Origin: Dendrobates tinctorius
Taxonomy: Eukaryota
Assembly (NCBI RefSeq): GCF_039654945.1
Contig: NW_027361677.1
Coordinates: forward strand, 21,700,001-21,764,000
Reading direction: 5' to 3'
Length of the DNA: 64,000 nucleotides
The first letter of the stretch is position 1. Every line of letters begins with the position of its first letter. The notes under the pieces were generated by a model, which saw only the letters and a program-made list of their open reading frames with translations, was not told the DNA's origin and made no database searches. Positions 1 through 12,676 of the stretch are shown piece after piece. A program made the translations under genes and the position numbers.

Positions 1-1
1 T

Positions 2-1663
2 CACCCTAGAGTGCCGTACTTTTATTATTTACCTAAGGTGCATAAAAACATGAGCCAACCACCCGGGAGACCGATTATCTCTGCTATTGGGGGTTTAACA
101 TCAAATCTATCCAAATTTGTTGATTGTCATTTACAAAGATTGATACCGGATCTCCCGGCGTATCTCAGGGACAGCACCCATATTTTAGGTATTTTAAAGA
201 AGATACAATGGTGTGATCATTATATCTTGGGCACACTGGACATTACTTCCTTGTATACAGTTATTCAGCATAAAAAGGGATGCGAAGCAGTGGAACATTT
301 CCTGAGGAAGGATGGTTCACTGCCGCTTGACCAAATTGAATATCTTCTTGAGTGTATAAATTTTATTTTAACTCACAATTTTTTTCGATATGGGATGGAC
401 TACTACTCCCAGCAGTGGGGTACAGCTATGGGCACGAGGTTCGCACCTAGTTATGCAAATCTGTACGTTGGAAAATGGGAACAGGAAACCATATATCCCG
501 ACGGCAGATTACTAGCGAACCTCGTGCTATGGCATCGATTTATAGATGATATTGTTTTTATATGGTCTGGTGGTCCTTTGTTATTGGAACAATTTTTTAA
601 TTCACTAAATAAAAATTCCTACTTTTTAAAATTTTCTATGACCACGAGTTCCAAAGAAGTTAACTTTTTAGATTTAGAAATTTTTGTAGAAAACAATGCC
701 ATTGGCTCACGACTATACCATAAGCCTACAGACTCTAATAATTTTATTTCACTCGACAGTTGCCATTTACCTAGCTGGCTATTGAATGTTCCAAAAAGCC
801 AATTAATTAGAGCTCATCGCAACTGTTCGAAAAGGGAGGATTTTGATAGAGAGGCAGAAGCAATGATGAAAAAGTTTTCCAGTAAGGGCTATGATCCAAC
901 ATCTTTAGTGAAAACAAAAAAACTAGTGGAAAAAATTCCAAGGGATCAATTATTGGAACAACGTATGAGAAAAAATGCCAATGCTCTTATGGAAGACATC
1001 CCCATAATTTCACAATATAACTCTAATAGTATTATTTTTAAAAAAATTGTCAGGAGACATTGGAATATCCTGAGAAATGATAAGGTTATAGGGGAATCTT
1101 TACCGACATACCCGAGGTTTATTTTTAAGAAGGCACAAAATTTGGGAAATCTTATAGCCCCCTCTATTTCTAAACCACTAAGTAGTATCAATTCAAATCC
1201 GGACAAATTACCAGGGGGTTTTTTTCCGTGTGGAAAGTGTGGCCCCTGTAAAAAACTGACCTCTAAAAAACAGGGAGGGATTACTAACAAATTTGCGGAG
1301 GTAAAAATTAAAGATTTTATTACCTGCGACACCACAGGGGTTATATATGGTATTACATGCCCCTGTGGGAAACTATACATAGGACGCACAAAACGCCCAT
1401 TGCATGTCCGGTTAGCAGAGCATTTGCGCAATATTAGAAAAAGATTTATGGGTCACCCTCTATCACACCATTTTGCTAATCAGCATGGAGGCTCTATTAA
1501 AAATGTTAAAGTTACGGGTATTAAAGTGGTTAAAAAAAGCTGGCGGAAGGGGAACTTTATTCAACAAATGTCCAGAGAAGAAAGTAGACTGATTTTTGAA
1601 ATGAATACACTTGTTCCTAATGGGCTAAACAGCGAGATTGAATTGTTTGCCTTTAATCAATAA
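2..1663 (+). mobile_element. Penelope-like retroelement ORF (reverse transcriptase + Cys-rich linker + GIY-YIG endonuclease), 5' end outside window
   Basis: Frame open from the window edge. RT motifs LPKVHK..PPGRPIIS, LDITSLYT, QQWGTAMGTRFAPSYANL, WHRFIDD. Linker CGKCGPC. GIY-YIG VIYGITCPCGKLYIGRT..RLAEH..HF..H. C-terminal PNGLN. No stops in 550+ codons. Confidence 0.95.
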
Positions 1664-1713
1664 ACATGGAGTTTGGAGACCGCGGGTATATATGAACGTA
1701 ATTGAGCACCATG

Positions 1714-1771
1714 GACCATCTCTGAAGAAGGAATCCGGTGATTCCGAAACGCGTAAGACAGCTTTTTGGTC
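1714..1771 (+). ncRNA. Type I hammerhead ribozyme in the Penelope pseudo-LTR
   Basis: CTGAAGA core 1722-1728. Stem II GGAATC-cggt-GATTCC 1730-1745. GAAA 1746-1749. Palindromic CGCG in place of stem III. TA at 1754-1755 (cleavage site). Stem I TCT/AGA plus GACCA(1714-18)/TGGTC(1767-71). Confidence 0.85.
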
Positions 1772-2284
1772 GTTTTCGTGCTCACTAGCCAGTCACGTGG
1801 TGTTCCACGTGACCGTGACGTCACGCAAGGTCCTGCACGTTTTTGCTACCTTGCCGGCTTTTTGATTTTACTCGTGCCGTTATACTCGCCGGGTGTCGGC
1901 GGCGGTCACGCCATTAGAAGGACGCTTGCTACCGGCCGGAGCAGCGTCCAATACCTGCATTCACCAACGGAACTCTAACGCTTTCAAGCTCATTTTCATC
2001 AGCATCACTACTGCTTTCAGCGTCATCTTGGCACCGGGACCCTGCTTGAGGAAGCATCCTTCGACCAGTTCCTCATTCATCTGAACAAAGGTATCGGCAC
2101 ATATACTTTGTGAACCAGCTTTACTGTAGATATTTCTTTGAAACCTCTGAATGGTATCCTGCTAGCGCAAATTATTCACTTTTAGATTTGACTTTTATTG
2201 TTGGACAAATTGGGTGGTTGTTGTCCTTATTTGCAGCTGCAGGCGGTATCATATAGGAACTTGCGCCTTTGTGCTTATGTTTTT

Positions 2285-5200
2285 ATGAAAATTTAGAAAA
2301 TTTCGCAATTTTCCAACTTTGAATTTTTATGCCCTTAAATCACAGAGATGGGGCACACAAAAAACTTAATAAGTAACATTTCCCACATGTTTACTTTACA
2401 TCAGCACAATTTTGGAACCAAAATTTTTTTTTTGTTAGGAAGTTATAAGGGTTAAAAATTGACCAGCGATTTCTCATTTTTGCAACACCATTTTATTTTT
2501 ACGGACCACATCACATTTGAAGCCACTTTGAGGGGTCTATATGATAGAATATACCCAAAAGTAACACCATTCTAAAAACTGCACCCCTTAAGGTGCTCAA
2601 AACCACATTCAATAAGTTTATTAACCCTTTAGGTGCGTCACAGGAATTTTTTGAATATGTAAAAAAAAAAAATGAACATTTAACTTTTTTTCACAAAAAA
2701 AATACTTCAGGTTCAATTTTTGTTATTTTACCAAGGGTAACAGGAGAAATTGGACTGCAAAAGTTATTGTGCAATTTGTCCTGAGTACGCTGATACCTGA
2801 TATGTGGGGGGGAACGACTGTTTCGGCGCATGGCAGAGCTCAGAATGGAAGGAGCGCCGTTTGACTTTTTCAATGCAAAATTGGCTGGAATTCAGATCGG
2901 ACGCCATGTCACGTTTGGAGAGTCCCTGATGTACCTAAACAGTGGAAACCCCCTACAAGTGACCCCATTTTGGAAACTAGACCCCCCAAGGAACTTATCT
3001 AGATATGTGGTGAGAACTTTGAACCCACAAGGGCTTTACAGAAGTTTATAACGTACAGCGGTACAACTAAAAAATCATATTTTTTCCACAAAAATGATCT
3101 TTTCACCCCCAATTTTTATTTTTCCAAGGGTAACAGGACCCTAAAAGTTATTGTGCAATTTGTCCTGAGTACGCTGATACCCCATATGTGGGTGTAAATG
3201 ACTATTTGGGAGCATGGCAGAGCTCGGAAGGGAAGCAGCGCCATTTGACGTTTTTGGCTGGAATTGAGATCGGACACCATGTCGCGTTTGGAAAGCCCCT
3301 GATGTACCAAAACAGTGGAAACCCCCCACAAATGACACCATTTTGGAAACTAGACCCCCCCAAGGAACTTATCTAGATGTGTGGTGAGCACTTTGAACCC
3401 CCCCAGTGCTTCACAGAAGTTTATAACGCCCAGGCGTGAAAATAAAAAAATCGTATTTTTTCCACAAACATGATCTTTTAGTCACCAATTTTTTCATTTT
3501 CCCAAGGGTACCAGGAGAAATTGGACCCCAAAAGTTGTTGTCCAATTTGTCCTGAGTACGCTGATACCTCATATGTGGGAGAAAACTACTGTATGAGCAC
3601 ACCTCGGGGCTCGGAAGGGAGGGTAGTGACGTTTTGGAATGCAGACTTTGATGGATTGGTCTACGGGTGTAATGTTGCATTTGGAGAGCCCCTAATGTAG
3701 CTAAACAGTGGAAACCCCCAACAAATGACCCCATTTTGGAAACTAGACCCCCCACGGAACTTATCTAGATGTGTGGTGAGCACTTTGAACCCCCCCAGTG
3801 CTTCACAGAAGTTTATAACGCCCAGGCGTGAATAAAAAAATCGTATTTTTTCCACAAACATGATCTTTTAGTCACCAATTTTTTCATTTTCCCAAGGGTA
3901 CAAGGAGAAATTGGACCCCAAAAGTTGTAGTCCAATTTGTCCTGAGTACGCTGATACCTCATATGTGGGAGAAAACTACTGTATGAGCACACCTCGGGGT
4001 TCGGAAGGGAAGTAGTGACGTTTTGGAATGCAGACTTTGATGGATTGGTCTACGGGTGTAATGTTGCATTTGGAGAGCCCCTAATGTAGCTAAACAGTGG
4101 AAACCCCCAACAAATGACCCCATTTTGGAAACTAGACCCCCCACGGAACTTATCTAGATGTGTGGTGAGCACTTTGAACCCCCAAGTGCTTCACAGAAGT
4201 TTATAACGCTTGGGCGTGAAAATAAAAAAATCATTTTTTTTCCACAAAAATGATATTTTTGCACCCAATTTTTTATTTTCCTAAGGGTAACAGGAGAAAT
4301 TGGAGCCCAAAAGTTGTTTTGCAATTTGTCCTGAGTATGCTGATACCCTATATGTGGGGGTAAATCACTGTTTGGGCGCATGGCAGAGCTTGGAAGGGAA
4401 GGAGCACCATTTGACTTTTTCAACGCAGAATTGGCTGGAATTGAGATCAGACGCCATGTTGTGTTTGGAGAGCCCCTGATGTGCCCAAACAGTGGAAACC
4501 CCCCAATTATAACACCAAGCCTAACCTCAACACACCCCTAGCCCTAACCCTTAATGGGAAAATGGAAATAAATACATATTTTTATTTTATTATTTTTCCC
4601 TAACTAAAGGGGTGATAACGGGGGTTTGATTTACTATTTATGGCGGTTTTTATATTTGGCAGCTGTCGCACGCTAAAAGACGCTTTTTATTGTAAAAATA
4701 GTTTTTGCATCACCACATATTGAGAGCTATAATTTTTCCATATTTTGACCCACCGAGTCATGTGAGGTCTTATTCTTTGCGGGACGAGTTGACGTTTTTA
4801 TTGGTACCATTTTTGGGCACGTGACATTTTTTGATCGCTTTTTATTCCGATTTTTGGGATGCAGAATGAACAAAAACCAGCGTTTCATGAATTTCTTTTG
4901 GGGGGGTGCGTTTACACCGTTCCGTGTGCGGTAAAATTGATTAGGCGGTTTTATTCTTCGGGTCAGTACGGTTACAGCAATACCTCATTTATGTCTTTTA
5001 TGTTTTGTTGGTTTTTTGCAATGAAAACCATTTTATATAAAAAATTATTTTTGCATTGTTTTATTCTGCGAGCTATAACTTTATTTTTTTGCGGATGATG
5101 CTGTATGGCGGCTCGTTTTTTGCGGGACAAGATGACGTTTTCAGCGGTACCATGGATATTTATATGCGTCTTTTTGATCGCGCGTTATTGCACTTTTTGT

Positions 5201-5847
5201 TCAGTGGTATGATAATAAATCATTATTTTTTGCTTCGTTTTTATTTTTATTTTTTAAGGGGTTCGCTAAAGGGGTTAACTAATGGGACAGTTTTATAGGG
5301 CGGGTCGCTACGGACACTGCGATACCAAATATGTGTACTTTCATTGTTTTTTTTTATTTTCAAAAAATGAATTTGTTGGGGAATATTTTTTTTTTTTCTA
5401 ATTAGCGATTTTTTTAAAATTATTTTTACACTTTTTTTTTTTTCTTTTTTTTTTTTACTTTATTACATAGTCCCAGGTGGGACATCACTATCCTGTGACA
5501 GATCAGCAATCTGTCACAGGCAGTTCTGCAGACTTCCTCATGGAAGTCAGCTCCCTACAGGCCCCCGTTGCCATCTTGGATCCGGGGGCCTGTAGGAAAG
5601 GAGTCCCCCGCAGCAGCGCTGCACATTGCGCTGCCGTGGGGGGCTCAGGGAAGCACGGAGGGAGCCCCCTCCCTGCTGATGCTTCCCTTTAACCCCCGGT
5701 GCACCGCGATCGTGTTTGATCGCGGTGTACAAGGGGTTAACATGTCGGGGGCGGTCCGTGACCGCCCCTGACACATTGTGCCGGGTGTCAGGTGATTATC
5801 ACAGCTGACACCCAGCCGCAATCAGCGGCGCTTACCACGTGGGCGCA
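2285..5847 (-). mobile_element. Non-autonomous TTAA-type (piggyBac-like) element, copy A, both termini missing; internal ~375-390 bp tandem subunits
   Basis: Reverse complement of ~7620-10430. The motif CTTATCTAGAT recurs near 2995, 3369, 3760 and 4150. Confidence 0.8.
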
Positions 5848-7532
5848 CACCTGTCTATATGAGACCCCACAGCTCACAGTGCATGTCAGACCAAATGAGA
5901 ATCATGAGGTCAAAGGAACTGGCCAAGGAGCTCAGAGACAGAATTGTGGCAAGGCACAGATCAGGTCAAGGTTACAAAATAATTTCTGCAGTACTTGACC
6001 CTCCGTCAGGAGCAATATTCGCACTAACTCATAATGGAACAATGTGCCTGTCAAGCGCAGGCTAGAAAAATGCCTAGAATATCTAATTTTCTCAATTTCA
6101 GTGATCTAAAAGTGATCAGAGACCTTAATAGGGATGTAATAAAAGAGACTACACATTATCAGGTGCAAAACAAACCCATTTACTCAACATAAAAGTAATA
6201 ACTTTGATATACACAAATTTCAAAACTCCTGAGAAGTACACTTTCATTTGTAAGAAAATCTGCCTTATTTATATGAAATATCCACAAACCTTTCTCTATC
6301 AATTCATAAAACAAGCTAAATAAACAATAGTAATGACTAAAAACATTACATACCATCCTTATAAAGTGTGATGTGTGCGGGACCAATGAGCCTGAGAAGC
6401 CAGCACAGCTATATCTTTCTTCCTGAAGCTCTGCAGACCAACTGTGGTATCAGGTTTCACACAGCAGCTAGAGCCAGGAGACTAGAGGGAGGGGGTTTCC
6501 TGAAAATCTGGTGAGAAGGGAGAAATGAAAGTAGAAGAGATCCATTGTTCCTGACGGAGGGTTCCTAAGAGCACAGTGGCCTCTATAATCCTTAAATGGA
6601 AGAAGTTTGGGACCACCAGATGTCTTCCTAGACCTGGCTGTCCAGCCAAACTGAGCACTTGTGGGAGAAGAGCCTTGGTGAGAGAGGTAAAGAAGATCCC
6701 CAAGATCACTGACTGAGCTCCACAGATGCAGTAGGGAGATGGGAGAAAGTTCCACAAAGTCAACTATGACTGCAGCCCTCCACTAGCCGGGCCTTTATGG
6801 CAGAGTGACCCGATGGAAGCCTCCCCTCAGTGCCAGACATATGAAAGCCCACATAGAGTTTGCTAAAAAAAAAAAGGACTCCCAGACTATGAGAAATAAG
6901 ATTCTCTGGTCTGATGAGACGAAAATAGAACTTTTTGGTGATAATTCTAAGCGATATGTGTGGAGAAAACCAGGCACTGCTCATCACCTGCCCAATACAA
7001 TCCCAACAGTGAAACATGATGGTGGCAGCATCATGCTATGAGGGTGTGTTTTAGCTGCAGGAACAGGACGACTGGTTGCCATGGAAGGAAACACGAATGC
7101 GGCCAAGTACAGAGATATCCTGGATGAAAACCTCTCCCAGAGTGCTCTGGATCTCAGACTTGGCCGAAGGTTCACCTTCCAACAAGACAATGACCCTAAG
7201 TACACAGCTAAAATAACAAAGGAGTGGCTTCAGAACAACTCTGTGACCATTCTTGACTGGCCCAGCCAGAGCCCTGACCTAAACCCAATTGAGCATCTCT
7301 GGAAAGACCTGAAAATGGCTGTCCACCAACGATCACCATCCGACCTGACGGAACTGGAGAGGATCTGCAAGGAAGAATGGCGGAGGATCCCCAAATCCAG
7401 GGGTGAAACACTTGTTGCATCATTCCCAAGAAGACCCATGGCTGTACTAGCTTAAAAGAGTACTTCTGCTCAATACTGAGCAAAGGGGCTGAATACTTAT
7501 GACCATGCAATATTTCAGTTTTTCTTTTTTAA
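5848..7532 (+). mobile_element. Degenerate Tc1 transposon (DD34E transposase pseudogene); 3' remnant resumes at 10645-10702
   Basis: ATG at 5904 gives MRSKELAKELRDRIVARHRSGQGYK. Motifs WSDETK, QQDNDPK, SPDLNPIEHLW. Contains stops and frameshifts, and two insertions. Confidence 0.92.
5999..6561. mobile_element. MITE with CCCT termini (piggyBac-like) inserted in the Tc1 ORF
   Basis: Inverted termini CCCTCCGTCAGGAGCAAT / ATTGTTCCTGACGGAGGG. The Tc1 coding sequence resumes directly after. Confidence 0.75.
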
Positions 7533-7536
7533 TTAA

Positions 7537-10500
7537 CCCCTTACCTACAATGGACGTAATATTCCGTCCATGTGACCCTGGACCTAATTACCATGGACGG
7601 AATATTACGTCACAGCGATCAGCGGCGCCCACGTGCTGATTATCACAGCTGACACCCGGCACAATGTGTCAGGGGCGGTGACGGACCGCCCCCGACACGT
7701 TAACCCCTTGCATACCGCGATCAAACACGATCGCGGTGTACCGGGGGTTAAAGGGAAGCATCGGCAGGGAGGGGGCTTCCCTGAGCCCCCCACGGCAGCG
7801 CAATGTGCAGCGCTGCTGCGGGGGGCTCCTTTCCTGCAGGTCCCCGGATCCAATATGGCGACGGGGACCTCCGGGGGCCTGCAGGAAGCTGGCTTCCTCA
7901 GTGCCTGCAAAGCGCAGGCATGAGGAAGCCTGTGCAGTGCCTGTGACAGATCGCTGATCTGTCACAGTGATCTGTGATGTGACAGATCAGCGATCTGTCA
8001 CAGGACAGATATGTCCCCCCTGGGACATTGTAATAAAGTAAAAAAAAAAAAAGTGTAAAAATAATTTTTAAAAAATCGCTAAATAGATAAAAAAATAAAT
8101 AAATAAAAATTCCCCAATAAATTCATTTTTTGGAAATAAAAAAAAACAAAACAATAAAAGTACACATATTTGGTATCGCCGCGTCCGTAACGACCCGCCC
8201 TATAAAACTGTCCCAATAGTTAACCCCTTAAGCGAACCCCTTAAAAAATAAAAAACGAAGCAAAAAATGATTTATCATACCGCCGAACAAAAAGTGCAAT
8301 AACGCGCGATCAAAAAGACGCATATAAATATCCATGGTACCACTGAAAACGTCATCTTGTCCCTCAAAAAAAACGAGCCGCTACACAGCATCATCAGCGA
8401 AAAAATAAAAAAGTTATATCTCGCAGAATAAAGTGATGCAAAAATAATTATTTTTTATATAAAATTGTTTTCATAGCATAAAACCGCCAAAACATAAAAA
8501 AAGACATAAATGAGGTATCGCTGTAACCGTACAGACCCGAAGAATAAAAGCGCCTTATAAATTTTACCGCACCCGGAACGGCGTGAACGCACCACCCAAA
8601 AGAAATTCATGAAACGCTGGTTTTTGTAAATTCTGCGTCCCAAAAAACAAAATAAAAAGCGAACAAAAAATGTCACGTGCCCGAAAATGGTACCAATAAA
8701 AACGTCAACTCGTCCCGCAAAAAATAAGACCTCACATGACTCGGTAGGTCAAAATATGGAAAAATTATAGCTCTCAATATGTGGTGATGCAAAAACTATT
8801 TTTACAATAAAAAGTGTCTTTTAGCGTGTGACAGCCGCCAAACATAAAAACCGCCATAAATAGTAAATCAAACCCCCGTTATCACCCCCTTAGTTAGGGA
8901 AAAATTATAAAATTAAAAGAAAATGTATTTATTTCCATTTTCCCATTAGGGCTAGGGTTAGGGCTGAGATTAGGGTTAGGGGTGTGTTGGGGTTAGGGTT
9001 GGAGTTAGAATTAGGGGTTTCCACTGTTTGGGCACATCAGGTGCTCTCCAAAAGCAACATGACACCCGCAGACCATTCCATCAAAGTCTGCATTCCAAGA
9101 CGTCACTACTTCCCTTCCGAGCCCCGACGTGTGCCCATACAGTAGTTTTCTCCCACATATGGGGTGTCAGCGTACTCAGGACAAATTGGACAACAACTTT
9201 TGGGGTCCAATTTCTCCTGGTACCCTTGGGAAAATAAAAAATTGGTGACTAAAAGATCATGTTTGTGGAAAAAATACGATTTTTTTATTTTCACGCCCAG
9301 GCATTATAAACTTCTGTGAAGCACTGGGGGGTTCAAAGTTCTCACCACACATCTAGATAAGTTCCTTGGGGGGTCTAGTTTCCAAAATGGTGTCATTTGT
9401 GGGGGGTTTCCACTGTTTTGGTACATCAGGGGTTTTCCAAACGCGACATGGTGTCCGATCTCAATTCCAGCCAAAAACGTCAAATGGCGCTGCTTCCCTT
9501 CCGAGCTCTGCCTTGCGCCCAAATAGTGGTTTACCCCCACATGTGGGGTATTAGCGCACTCAGGACAAATTGCACAATAACTTTTAGGGTCCTGTTACCC
9601 TTGGTAAAATGAAAATTGGGGGTGAAAAGATCATTTTTGTGGAAAAAATGATTTTTTTAATTGTACCGCTGTACGTTATAAACTGTGAAGCCCTTGTGGG
9701 TTCAAAGTTCTCACCACATATCTAGATAAGTTCCTTGGGGGGTCTAGTTTCCAAAATGGGGTCACTTGTGGGGGGTTTCCACTGTTTAGGTACATCAGGG
9801 GCTCTCCAAACGTGACATGGCGTCCGATCTGAATTCCAGCCACTTTTGCATTGAAAAAGTCAAACGGCGCTCCTTCCCTTCTGAGCTCTGCCATGCGCCG
9901 AAACAGTCGTTCCCCCCCACAAATCAGGTATCAGCGTACTCCAGACAAATTGCACAATAACTTTTGCAGTACAATTTCTCCTGTTACCCTTGGTAAAATA
10001 AAAAAAATGAACCTGAAGTATTTTTTTTGTGAAAAAGTTAAATGTTAATTTTTTTTTTAAATATTCAAAAAATTTCTGTGACGCACCTAATCGGTTAATA
10101 AACTTCTTGTATGTGGTTTTGAGCACCTTAAAGGGGTGCAGTTTTTAGAATGGTGTCACTTTTGGGTATTTTCTATCATATAGACCCCGCAAAGTGGCTT
10201 CAAATGTGATGTGGTCCGTAAAAATAAAATGGTGTTGCAAAAATGAGAAATCGCTGGTCAATTTTTAACCCTTATAACTTCCTAACAAAAAAAAATTTTG
10301 GTTCGAAAATTGTGCTGATGTAAACATGTGGGAAATGTTACTTATCAAGTTTTTTGTGTGCCGTATCTCTGTGATTTAAGGGCATAAAAATTCAAATTTG
10401 GAATATTGCGAAATTTTAAAAATTTTCGCCAGATTTCCATTTTTTTCAGAAATAAACGCAAGTTATTTGAATGAAATTTTACCACTAACATGAAGTACAA

Positions 10501-10640
10501 TATGTCACGAGAAAACAGTGTCAGAATCACCGGGATCCATGGAAGCGTTTCAAAGTTATTACCTCATAATGGGACAGTGGTCAGAATTGTAAAAATTGGC
10601 CCGGGAGTTAACGTGCAAACCACCCTTGGTGGTGAAGGGG
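7537..10640 (+). mobile_element. Non-autonomous TTAA-type (piggyBac-like) element, copy B, full length
   Basis: TTAA at 7533-36 and 10641-44. Termini CCCCTT / AAGGGG. Splits the Tc1 3' region. No transposase ORF. Confidence 0.85.
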
Positions 10641-10703
10641 TTAATTTGCAAAAATTTCTAAATTTGTTCTTTTTTCAGTTAAGATGGGGTGCAGAGTGTA
10701 CAC

Positions 10704-11013
10704 TAGGGTGACCTCAAAAATCGATGTCGGAATTTTGTCCGTCTGGACCCCACAAAACGATTCCCCTTTCCAGATATTGAGAGAGCCAAAATTTGAGCTC
10801 GATCAAACGACGTTAACCCGTGCCGCTCGTCGCTCAAAGTTTGAAAAAATCCAAATTGAGGTATTTTAAGATTTAGGTATTTTGCATAGTCTGTTAGACT
10901 ATAAAGAATATGACAACATTGCAGAAATAGCCCTGACCAAATTTTCGAACCATTTGTGGTATTTGAATGCAGAGTTGGTGGGATTATCGTTTTTTGATCC
11001 CACCATTAATTAG
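10704..11013 (+). mobile_element. DNA transposon fragment, probably hATm-like
   Basis: Begins TAGGGTGACC where Tc1 homology stops. 10870-11013 translates DLGILHSLLDYKEYDNIAEIALTKFSNHLWYLNAELVGLSFFDP, an HLWYL..ELV..FFD transposase motif. Family assignment is from memory. Confidence 0.5.
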
Positions 11014-12206
11014 AACTAGAGAAGGAAAGCAATACATGTTTTTTCTGGCTATAGAACACTCTTTTTCAACATTGGGTTAAGGATCCCCCAGAAGGAAGCG
11101 CCCTGAAATATCTTCACTCGTGCTAGAAGTAGTGAGTGTAGGGGGGCGCGCTATAATTTTTTTTTTTTTCAAGTGGTGGTGGGATTTGTAGAGTCTATAA
11201 TGAGTCACAATCTCACTTAATGCATATTGAGTGAGGCCGGACACAGTCTGGTCAGATTATAGGAAGGAGACTGCATTTTGCATGCTTGCAGGCAAATGAC
11301 TGTAGTTCCCGACTCTGACACTAGAGAATCCTCAGAGCGATGTTTGGGTTCACAACTCTGCCTTCACAAAGTATGTTTATTCATGATGCTTCCTCTCCAT
11401 CAGTTAAGACTCTTTGAGCTGTGTTTCTTCAGCTTGAAATCCATCCAGACACATGACTAGGACATGCTGCAGTTTGAAATATGTGAAAAGGGCCATTTTA
11501 TATAATATTTCCATACAAACCCTTAAAGATAATGTATACTAGTCACTTTTATTGTTTTGGGATATCCAAACACTGAATCAGCCCTTACACACGAAGAACA
11601 AAGCAGTCTGAAGGATGCGATTATCACCTGATCATTAGACGTGCTTGTCTATGACTGATGGATGAGACGGAGAGAGCGGAGAACAGAACTACCAAGTATC
11701 AATCACTGAGGCCTCACTCAGGTGTCTGATTTTCAGCATGATTGCTGTCCATGTGTTTCAGGGATAACACTCGTTCCTGTGAGTCTATGCGGCCATTCAT
11801 ATAGCCGTGATTTTTCAGAAACCGAGAGATCTCTGTAAAAAAAAAAATCAGACCGCACTCAATCAGTACTGAATAAAAGAGGTTTTAAAAATGTTGTTTC
11901 CATTTCTCATAATGTGCAGATCAGTAACCTGTCTATCCGTCCTGTGGTGTCCAGAATCCCAACAACTTTTTCCTTCTTGGTGACGTGTAGTTAACCTGTA
12001 AGACAAGCATTTTTGTGTCTATATGGTAGAGACCTACACAGAATAGCATCACGGGCTGCAGGCTGGCCTCCCGTGCTAGTGTTATGGAAATATATGTCTG
12101 TCTAATCAGGACAGGCCACAGTACGCACAGGGGTAAATTCACCCAACCAAAAAATCCACATCACTAGTGTATGGACTCCTAGTGGGCATGTCATATGTGT
12201 CACTTA

Positions 12207-12525
12207 GGGTGTGTGCAGACGCTGCGGATTAATCTGCACGGATTTTGCAAAGACCTGCGGTTTTGCCTGCGGTTTGCTCCTGCGGTTTCACCATCTCCAC
12301 AATGGTGGATAGGAACCCGCTGCGGATTCCGCAGAAAGAATTGACATGTCACTTCTTTGTGTGGTTTTAAAACCGCAGCAAATCCACACGGATTTTTCCG
12401 CAACGTCTACACAGCGTTTTTTTTTTTTACCATTCATTGGAATGGTACTGTACACCGCAGCTAAAACTGCTGCGGGTCCGCAGCGGGCGGAAACGCAGCG
12501 GAATCCGCAGCATGTGCACATACCC
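12207..12525. mobile_element. Harbinger-type MITE
   Basis: TTA target duplication. TIR GGGTGTGTGCAGACGCTGCGGATT / AATCCGCAGCATGTGCACATACCC. Confidence 0.8.
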
Positions 12526-12676
12526 TTATAGGTGTGTTTCACTTTCTCCCAAAGTGTGCAGAAGGCAGGAGAGCACATGGCTGGGTAACTACAGGGGTAC
12601 CAGGCTCAGTCACTAATATGTGGCTACAGGGGGTGCCACACATGTTGTAAGAGAGCTTTGAGTGAGGTCCAATTTC

